From Octopus vulgaris (lineage: Eukaryota), in the NCBI GenBank assembly GCA_951406725.2, contig OX597837.1, positions 20,956,001 to 21,020,000 on the forward strand: a stretch of 64,000 nt of DNA, written 5' to 3'. Shown in pieces: positions 54,900-64,000 of the stretch. The notes under the pieces are model-generated. The model was not told the origin of the DNA, did no database searches, and worked only from the letters and a program-made list of their open reading frames with translations. The first letter of the stretch is position 1. Each line of letters opens with the position of its first letter. Made by a program: the position numbers and the translations under genes.

Positions 54900-55520
54900 T
54901 AGCATTACAATGAATCCTTTGGCTGTGCTAATTCTGAGACTCTCCAATCATTAGAATTTTCCAATATCGTTGAAAATAGCTCAGAAAACTCAGTAAATTT
55001 GTCAGACAAAAACGGATACTTGTCGAGATGAATAATTCCAATGCGTTTTAGGTGACAGTGGAAATCGACTTCCGTTGATTTCATCCAGTAATTCTATTCA
55101 AGTCATCAATTTTGAGAAAAAAGTTGAAATTCCTTTTACAGTTTGAAAAAAAATTCGATATTCACGAGTAGTTGAAACCGATTGAGAGAATACCAGATTA
55201 AGTGAACGTGCATAACAATGTACAACTATGACAGTCAGGCCAAGAATTTCCTTTACTCTCGCTTGCACTTCATTCAAATGCCCAGTCTTCATGTTCGCTC
55301 TATCATTAGTTTGTGCAATGAATTTTTGGTCACAATTGAATTCATAAACAAATTTTTGAACTTCTGTCAGCGATTCAGCTTTTCTATCTTTAGTGGCATT
55401 GATGTATCCCAAAACCCTTTATCGAGGCTTTTTTGATCTCCTCAACAAATTGCAAAACGCGTAACAATTGGGGTTTCATCCAAAGACCCATAGTCTCATC
55501 AAACATAACAGCAACAAATA
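54900..55520 (-). mobile_element. hAT transposase relic
   Basis: AQTND.ANMKTGHLNEVQARVKE...VHCYARSLNLV motif. Confidence 0.7.
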
Positions 55521-55680
55521 ATGTACAATGAGGATAGTAAAAATTATCAATAATTAATTTTATATTACACATAAATTATCTATCCAGGAAAAAAAAATAA
55601 AGGGGTGCAGACTACGCGTTGCCCTTCAGCCCAGCACCACTCGTTCCTTCATATATTATGAAATTTTATATTTAATTATA

Positions 55681-55861
55681 GGCGCAGGAGTGGCTGTGTG
55701 GTCAGTAGCTTGCTTACCAACCACATGGTTCCGGGTTCAGTCCCACTGCGTGGCATCTTGGGCAAGTGTCTTCTGCTATAGCCTCGGGCCGACCAAAGCC
55801 TTGTGAGTGGATTTGGTAGACGGAAACTGAAAGAAGCCCGTCGTATATATGTATATATATA

Positions 55862-55959
<98 letters not shown>

Positions 55960-56160
55960 TGTGTGTGTGTGTCTGTGTTTGTCCCCCTGGCATTGCTTGA
56001 CAACCGATACCGTCACTTAGCGGTTCGGCAAAAGAGACCGATAGAATAAGTACTGGGCTTACAAAAGAATAAGTCCCGGGATCGATTTGCTCGACTAAAG
56101 GCGGTGCTCCAGCATGACCGCAGTCAAATGACTGAAACAAGTAAAAGAGTAAAAGAGTAA
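55681..56160 (+). mobile_element. SINE family 2 (CORE-like, internal (TA)n/(GT)n); other copies ~3586-3950, 6117-6728, 13875-14170, 15763-16180, 22495-23108(-), 25765-26170(-), 39690-40130, 48990-49430(-), 51820-52125, 56829-57230
   Basis: tRNA-like head ggcgcaggagtggctgtgtggtaag...ggttcagtccc, accttgggcaagt core, 3' end gactgaaacaagtaaaagag. Confidence 0.85.
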
Positions 56161-56188
56161 TTATGTTGGAGCTGTGGTTTCATTGCAG

Positions 56189-56327
56189 ATCCCTCAAACA
56201 GGAAATTGGAGAACTTCAGAATCTTGTGGCTGATATAAAGAACAAAATACAAGTCAAAGATTCTGTAATTGAGCCGTTACTACAGAAACTTGCACCATAT
56301 CGAGGAAGTGGGATGGAGAAAATGCAG
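56189..56327 (+). CDS. Gene B exon, (E)SLKQEIGELQNLVADIKNKIQVKDSVIEPLLQKLAPYRGSGMEKMQ
   Basis: ttgcag / gtgagt, 139 nt, phase 2/0. Confidence 0.85.
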
Positions 56328-56994
56328 GTGAGTAGCGAATAGATGTCTGAGCATTTGGGATGAGTGATGAGAACACACAGCATCTGTGACAAGGGATGCG
56401 CAGGATCTGTGACAAGGGATGCATTTTGAAACCTAGGCTTGTTTTCATAACAAGGGATCTCTTTCTCTCTTCTTCTTCTTCTTCTTCTTCTTCTTCTTCT
56501 TCTTCTTCTTCTTCTTCTTCTTCTTCTTCTTCTTCTTCTCCTCCTCCTCCCTTTTCTTCTTCTTCTTCCTCTTCCTCCTTCTCCGCCTTCTCCCCCCTCC
56601 TTTCCTCCTCTTCATTTCCTCCTCTTCATTTCCTCCTCTTCCTCCTCTTCATCTCTTCCTTATTCTCCTCATTCTCCTCCTCCTTCACCTCCTTCTTCTC
56701 TTCCACTCCTTTCTTCCTTCCCTCTTCCCCCGTCCCCGTCTGTGTGTCCCAACAATATCGTCTGACTCATGCATGGAAAATGGGACATTGACACAATGGT
56801 ATGCATATATCATACATATATATAGACATAGGAGTGGCTGTGTGGTAAGTAGCTTGCTTACCAACCACATGGTTCCGGGTTGAATCCCACTGCGTGGCAC
56901 CTTGGGCAAGTGGGCAAGTGCTTTCTACTATAGCCCTGGGTTGATCAAAGCCTTGTGAGTAGACGGAAACTGGAAGAAGCCTGTTGTATATATA

Positions 56995-57036
<42 letters not shown>

Positions 57037-57487
57037 TGTGTGTGTCTGTGTCTGTGTTTGTCCTCAGCATCGCTTGACAACCGATGGTGGTGTGTTTACG
57101 TCCCCGTAACTTAGCGGTTAGGCAAAAGAGACCGATAGAACAAAGAATAAGTCCTGGGGTCGATGTGCTCGACTAAAGGCGGTGCTCCAGCATGGCCACA
57201 GTCAAATGACTGAAACAAGTAAAAGAGAGAGAGAGAGAGTATTAAAATTAAATAAGGGTCGAAATTAACAAAGCGAAACCTTAAGATATGGGAATTAACT
57301 GCTACGTTTATTTCTTTCCACTTGTCTCGTATACATTTAGCGTCTTGCTAATTTGAGAACACAATTTTCGCGGTAGGACGGTTAGACGTCTATTTTTAGC
57401 ATACAAAGAATCCACTTAGTGGTCTCTCCTCTTATTTATATTTAAATATGCATTAAAATATATACGATAATAGATTTTTAAAAATGA

Positions 57488-57871
57488 CTAGCAGTATCGC
57501 CCGGCGTTGCTCGGGTTTGTAAGAGAAATAACTATATAAGCATTTTTAGAGATGTAAAGTATAATAGCCATCTCAATATGGCTAACCACAAAGGCGGGGG
57601 TCACTGTAGCTTTTTACGTTCTGAGATTTAATAATACATTTTTAGAGAGTTACTTCCCTTATATAATGCATTAAAAATGGGAAAAAATGATGGTAAATTT
57701 TTTTTTAAATCGTAGACTCATCGTAGACGCGCGCTAATACCCCGAAGGGCTCGATATGAATCACGACTATAAGATACCCGCTTTTGGTTATACTGCACCG
57801 CAAAATGTGGGAGTAGTTAGGAATCTAAATCGTAGGAGACAGACACACAACTTCAGTTTTATATATAAAGA
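57488..57871 (-). mobile_element. Non-autonomous Helitron, same family
   Basis: same termini and body as 46672-46981, with an extra internal segment. Confidence 0.8.
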
Positions 57872-58075
57872 TTTTTCATGTTAACGTCATTTTTCGAGTT
57901 AAACCACACATCTTGAAACCAATTTCTTACATAAGCTGAGGAATGCCTGCTCTTCTGAATCTCTGAGTTTGGGCGTATGGCTTTCCATGAGAAACCATGA
58001 TAAAAATTACCAAAATGAAGAGCTAAAAAAAGAAGAAAAAAACCTGTTGAGTTTATGTTTTTCTTCTTATTACAG

Positions 58076-58198
58076 GCAATTAGTGAGAAAATAAATTCTC
58101 TACAGAGTCAAAACAACCAGCTAACGCAAGACCTGGCAAAATACAAAGATCAGACTAATGAATATTTAAAACTGGAAACGCAGATAAAGGAATTACAA
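58076..58198 (+). CDS. Gene B exon, AISEKINSLQSQNNQLTQDLAKYKDQTNEYLKLETQIKELQ
   Basis: ttacag / gtaagt, 123 nt, phase 0/0. Confidence 0.85.
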
Positions 58199-58330
58199 GT
58201 AAGTAAATACTTCCAAAAGTCTTGATCCCTGATGTATGTATGAATGAATATATGGACATATATTATAGTTATATATGTGTGTGTATATGTGTGTGTTTGT
58301 GTGTCTCTCTCTCTCTTTCTCACATTCTCT

Positions 58331-58367
<37 letters not shown>

Positions 58368-58431
58368 CTGTATTCATATATATATAAATAATAAGCATCA
58401 AATGAAATAAAAACAGAACACAAAGGATGTC

Positions 58432-58523
58432 GCGGTACACGTGTTTCAAGCTTTATAAAACAACCTATTCTTACATCAATGTATAATCGACATAACAGAT
58501 GGTTTAAAGCTCTCTTCAGCCGC
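58432..58523 (-). ncRNA. Hammerhead ribozyme motif, inverted copy of 58794-58885
   Basis: reverse-complement arm of the 58397-58921 inverted repeat. Confidence 0.8.
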
Positions 58524-58793
58524 ATGCAATTGCCATACCAAAGACTTACATCACATTATGAAATTATGAAAAATCCGAAAATGTACATTTGGTATTATCT
58601 ATAATGGTGGGTATATTGAGTTTCACTGAGAAAGTATGTTTGTAAATCTTCATAATCAAATAGGTGTGTAGGATACCATTGGACTTCAAAAATCCGTCCA
58701 TACTCTATCATCAGTCAACATAGACTCTATGTACATTTTCAGAGTTTTCATAATTTCATAAAATGATGTAAGTCTTTGGTATGGCAATTGCAT

Positions 58794-58885
58794 GCGGCTG
58801 AAGAGAGCTTTAAACCATCTGTTATGTCGATTGTACATTGATGTAAGAATAGGGTGTTTTATAAAGCTTGAAACACGTGTACCGC
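58794..58885 (+). ncRNA. Minimal type I hammerhead ribozyme motif
   Basis: gcgg CTGAAGA gagcttta..taaagctt GAAA cacgtg TA ccgc. Confidence 0.85.
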
Positions 58886-59667
58886 GACATCCTTTGTGTT
58901 CTGTTTTTTATTTCATTTGATACATATACCCTCTCACCTCTGCTACTAGCTGGCATATACAGGTGCTTACACTTATCAAGTATTCACCCTGAATTTATAT
59001 AAATAAGGGCAGAAATTGATATTAATCAATTAAAACCAGTGGCTTAGCATATTTAACGATGATGATGATTGTCCTCCTCATCATCAGCTTTCTTTTCCCC
59101 AACATAACTGACATGTTCATAAATTATCTTTAGAACTTCCTCATTTCCAAACTTCAAACTGTAAAGGTAATTTACACTCCATCCCCCAAACCGGTTTCGT
59201 GGGGAAAAACCTATATATGTACAAAAAACTAAAAATGGAATAAGAACGTAATAGACGACAATAAAAACATAGACAATACAAAGACGCACAGGAAAAACAA
59301 GGACAGATCATTCATGGCTTTCTATTCATCAGAAAAGTTTCCAAATTATCATAACAGTTTCAGCCTGTTACACTTGAGACTTCATAATTGGTTGGCCATA
59401 AAAATCTAAGCTAAGAGCATTAAATTTTTAGAAGAAAGCAAGCGAATGTGTAATGACAACACAGACAAAGAACAAAAACGAGAAAACGGAGAAAATGTTA
59501 CACGATTACAAATACAAACAACAAGAGAGTAACAACAGGTGTCTTTCGACTAATAAAGACGAATCAAGTTGAGCTGGTTTGTGGAGGGAAAGCCCTGAGG
59601 CACAAACATAGATGAAAGTCAGGAGACAGAAAAATAAGAGATGCTATTCATTCTTCTCTTTCGTTAG

Positions 59668-59810
59668 AAGGAGCAAAAATCTTTGAAGAAAAAACAGTCC
59701 AGCCAGGAACATGAATGGGAGAAGCAAGATAACGAAATGGAGATGGAAGTAACTAATTTCAGGAAAAATATGATTAAAAAGCTTAAAAATGTATGGAAAG
59801 AAAAGGCAAG
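59668..59810 (+). CDS. Gene B exon, KEQKSLKKKQSSQEHEWEKQDNEMEMEVTNFRKNMIKKLKNVWKEKA
   Basis: cgttag / gtgagt, 143 nt, phase 0/2; NAGNAG acceptor (tag AAG GAG). Confidence 0.85.
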
Positions 59811-60145
59811 GTGAGTAGCATTTTGACTGTTTCCATTCAAGTAAATTCCAAACCTTTTACTCCGGCAGCTTCCAACCTTTCGATTGTGTCATAGTTCAAA
59901 TTGGTTCCCATAAACAAACTCTTTATTTGTAAATTATTTGATAAAGCGTAAAATGTATTTAGAACTCCACTATATTTATAAATGCAAGCATGGCTCGCTT
60001 CCTAGCCACATCGTTTTGGGTTCAGTTCCACTGCATACCACCATGGGCATGCATAGTCCTCTACCATAGCCCTGAGCCAACCAAAGACTTGTGAGTAGAT
60101 TTGCTATACAGAAATTGAAAGAAGTCAGTCATATATACATGCGTG

Positions 60146-60213
<68 letters not shown>

Positions 60214-60235
60214 TGTATGTATGTATGTATGTATG

Positions 60236-60319
<84 letters not shown>

Positions 60320-60344
60320 TGCGTATATGTAAGTATTCGTATGT

Positions 60345-60381
<37 letters not shown>

Positions 60382-60403
60382 ATTTATGTACTATTTTGTG
60401 TGT

Positions 60404-60461
60404 ATTCCACTGATGAGGCAAAGCATTTATTATGTAAAGCCAGAAATCCGGGATCTGGAAT
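60404..60461 (+). ncRNA. Hammerhead ribozyme motif
   Basis: attcca CTGATGA ggc..gcc(a) GAAA tccggga TC tggaat. Confidence 0.65.
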
Positions 60462-60833
60462 TATCCAATAATTTTTTGCAAGTTTATTTTGTCTCTTTGT
60501 CTTCTCTCCTTAATGTGGTTCTAGAGTTTAGCTTTGTCTGCTATATCTATCATGGTGGTATCTTTTTAGATACCCTTAATTATAATTTCAATAATAATTA
60601 TTACCTATGAGGTTTTTATTCCCATGCTAGCCACTTGATATGATCGGTATTTTAAATAATGATCTTATCCTTATTTATATAAATTTATATATATGTATAT
60701 AATTTAGAGAAAACCCACTATTAAGCAATTCAATAAAGAAAGATGTTATTCACACCATATAGAAAACATATACTATAAAATAAAACCTTATTTTAAATCA
60801 ATAAAGTACAATAAATAGTAAATAGTAGTAAAA

Positions 60834-60950
60834 AGACTACGCACGTTTCATGGCTATATTTTCAAATAAATAATAATAAAATCAATTCGATTCAAAATTA
60901 AATCGAACTAAAATTAATTCTATTCAAAAATATAGTCACTCATCAGGTCT
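60834..60950 (-). ncRNA. Minimal type I hammerhead ribozyme motif
   Basis: minus strand: agac CTGATGA gtgactatattt..aaatatagccat GAAA cgtgcg TA gtct. Confidence 0.75.
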
Positions 60951-61560
60951 AAGGTAATAAATAATAAAAAATAAAAAGTAATAATAATAGAATAAATGTA
61001 CTTATCTTAACTTATACTAATTATCAAATAAATATATGAAAAATACGTGTATTAACTATAAATAATCGAAAAGCATTTAACAATATTTCTTAAAATAAAA
61101 ATATAACTTATCTTGTCTAAGGATTTTCAGTAACTACAATTTAAACGTAAAACGTCAAACTTAGCGTTTATAAGAAATATAAGAAATATTTAGTCTATAT
61201 TACATAATTAGAATAAGTTGAAAATCATATCGAATAGGTTGTAATTTTTGTTTATTATGTACTAACGAATTTAAGGAGATATTATTAACTCTCTTCCCCA
61301 CCCACTCCTGCATACATACATGACCGTCTTCTTTCAGCTTCTGTCAATCAAATCCACTCGCAAGGCCTTCATTGGCCCTCTGCTATTGTGGAAGACACTT
61401 GTCCAAGATACTACACAATAGGACTGAACCTAGAACCATGTGGTTGGGAAGCAAACTTTCTACCACACAGCCACATCTGCATCTAATTGAGAATTTCTAT
61501 ACTTTTTTTCTCATGAGACATTTTTTTAACCATATTCTGTGTTCTTACTCTTCTTGACAG

Positions 61561-61711
61561 GGAGTATGACGAGCAAATAGCGGAGATAGAAGCAAATCTG
61601 AAAGAAGAAGAGCAGAAAACTAAAAACAAGATCACATGTTTCGAAGAAAAGATAGGAGCAACACATTGCCTGCATGACAATCTTTATGACCAAATAAAAG
61701 CATTTCAGTAA
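61561..61711 (+). CDS. Gene B last coding exon, (R)EYDEQIAEIEANLKEEEQKTKNKITCFEEKIGATHCLHDNLYDQIKAFQ*
   Basis: ttgacag acceptor; in-frame TAA at 61709-61711; possible donor (aag/gtagct) at 61721. Total CDS 1566 nt, 521 aa. Confidence 0.8.
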
Positions 61712-62667
61712 AGGAGGAAGGTAGCTACTTTTCACCATTATTCGATTGTATATGTCTATGAGAGAGCATGGCCTAATGGTTAGGGTTGTTGCACTCACGG
61801 AAAGGTTTTACGTTTCGAAGAAGATAGGGACAATACGTCGCAAGATCGTGCTTTCAATTCCTAGACCAGGTGGTGTGTTGTGTTCTTGAGCAAGACACTT
61901 CGTTTCACAATGCCCCACAATCACTTCAACACCTGACATGAAAGAAAGGAGGAGAATTCAAATAATTGGTAATTGGTTGGTGTCATGTAAAAAGCACCAA
62001 GTGCACGCTGTAGATTGGTTGGCATTAGGGAAGGGCTTCCAGCTGTAGAAACGGACAATTGGAGCATGGAAAACGGACGTTAAATGATGATGATGATGAG
62101 GAGGAGGAGGAGGAGGAGGAGGAGGAAGAAGAAGAAGAGGATGGTTGCATGTGTCAGTTGTTTTGTAATAAAGTTATTATACTGTATGACAGTGTACATC
62201 ATGCACAGTTATACTCCCATACATGGTTATATTCCTATGTGCCTCTTGGGAATACATGTACCTCTAGTTGAGAATTTCAGGTCCAGTATACATTCGTCTT
62301 AATGAAGACCATCCTTCTCTATCTAATGCATTATAATGCCTGGCAATAGATTGATGAGAAACTGTCCAATAAATATTTTCATTATTTACATTATTTACAT
62401 TTATATATCTATAAAAATATAAAACTGTAATAGATATTTTGTAAATGTGTTGCTATTGATAAACTCTCTTCCTTTTCTACCAAGGCCTAATGTTACATTC
62501 TTCTTAATGTTCTTCTTAACATTCATTTTGTATACGTTTGTGTACTGGAAATATTTCCTTAGTTCCCTTTGAATTTAACTTATTTTGGATCGCCTTGAAA
62601 ACGTTGTATTACTCGTAACATGTATTTTCGGATATATTAATTTCAATGATTCTTTTTTATATCTAAC

Positions 62668-63051
62668 CTAGCAGTATCGCCCGGCGTTGCTCGGGTTTTG
62701 TAAGGGAAATAACTATAAAGCATTTTTAGAGAGTTATAGCCAAAAAATGGAAAAAAATGGAAAAAAATTATGGTAAATTTTTTTGAGAGTTAAAAAGGTC
62801 GAGTTGCGTCCCCTAGACAGTCTGTGGTTTGTGTTTCTGATTCTCGACCCCATGTCGAATTTATCGATTTTTTTCAGAACTGGGGGAACTTTTCAAAATT
62901 TTCGCTGCGTTAGTTTTGAATTATGACATTGGGCTATGTGTGTGTCAAGTTTCATTAGAATCGGTTGAAAGCCATGGTCAGGGTGAGGGTACAACCTGAC
63001 AGACACACAGACACACAGACAGACAAACTGCCGTTTATATATAGAGAGAGA
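62668..63051 (-). mobile_element. Non-autonomous Helitron, same 3' end but different body
   Basis: ctagcagtatcgcccggcgttgctcggg terminus; TC start on the minus strand. Confidence 0.7.
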
Positions 63052-64000
63052 TTTTGATACAGGAGAGACGATTGTCGGTTTTGTGCAGTGAATTCTCTAT
63101 CCGTATTTTTGTTTTATAATATTCTGAATTTTTCAAAATTCTTCTAAATGATATTTGGATCTACTTGTCATATAGGAAGAATTATCTTGGATGTGTATTC
63201 TGCTTGCATTTATTGGTGTCTGATTGCTGGATATTGTTAACCAAATTCGTTTAAAACTGAGTGCTTTATTGATATCTGCCTGGACTTTTTAACCCCCTTT
63301 TGCTTTCAATGTGTGTGGGGGGGGTGTATGTGTGTATGTGTGTGCGTGCGCACGTGCGTATGTGTGAAATGTTAACGCCAAGGAGTGTTTAGGCATAAGC
63401 AAAATTTAGTTAAAATATGTTTGTGATATATTTCAACTACGGCAAATACACTGCCAACGTGGAGTGGAGAAAATATCTCTCTTATTGTAAAAGGTGTGAA
63501 AACAACCGGTCTGTTTAGTGTCACCATCTCTCAAGAATCCCAGCCATCGAGTTTATTGACCCTCGTCAATGGGATGCACCTAAGAGAGGCAATTCTGAAC
63601 AGACTTATAAAGCAATAGCTTTATGTATAATTCAGTCAACACGTTGACTGATTTGCGCCAGTAGATCACCTGATCGAGGAAAATCACGAAATGTTAGCAC
63701 TAAGTAGCGTTTAGGTATAAGCAAAATTTAGGTTAGTTAAAATATGTTTGTGAAATGGCGATATGAAATATAACCATGCCCAAATATAACAATATCTGTT
63801 TCAGCACATGATTTCAGATCAGGAGTCTGGCAAAACATATCCATAAACGTAACACTATTGCTTCTTTAATCAGAATTATTTAGATTTGAGAAAATTCTTT
63901 TATAAACTGTCTCCTCATTTCTGAATGACACTCAGAATCATCTCTTATGCTTTGGTAAAAGAAAAATTTGTTCCCACAAATTTGAAAATGTTCACTGAGA

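Larger units (their letters stand above)
58397..58921. mobile_element. Inverted-repeat hammerhead element (Penelope inverted pLTR-like)
   Basis: ~175-nt arms (58397-58572 and 58745-58921), near-perfect reverse complements. Confidence 0.75.

Noticed and set aside
57930-58005. CTGAGGA...GAAA ccatga TA hammerhead-like motif
   Set aside because: Stem I does not pair; too degenerate to call

Overview
Eukaryotic, AT-rich, microsatellite-dense genomic DNA. The SINE families and repeat landscape are typical of an octopus/coleoid cephalopod genome (inference). Nearly all ORFs in the supplied track are microsatellite or transposon artefacts. Reading splice sites directly gives two multi-exon coiled-coil genes in tandem on the + strand. 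Gene A is 5'-incomplete (exons 2387-21988, possibly continuing to 26306). Gene B appears complete (ATG 38037 to TAA 61711, 13 coding exons, 521 aa), and its N-terminus matches the CEP63/DEUP1 centriole-duplication family. Seven exon pairs of A and B match in splice phase and closely in length, so they are strongly diverged tandem paralogs. Gene B also carries four consecutive homologous 96-nt exons. The introns contain tRNA-derived SINEs, Penelope-like, R4/Dong-like, RTE and Tx1-like LINE fragments, a Tc1 relic, a hAT relic, three Helitrons and a non-autonomous LTR element with a tRNA-Trp PBS. At least five unrelated non-coding repeat families carry minimal type I hammerhead ribozyme motifs, one of them as ~600-nt permuted/inverted units (Penelope pLTR or retrozyme-like).
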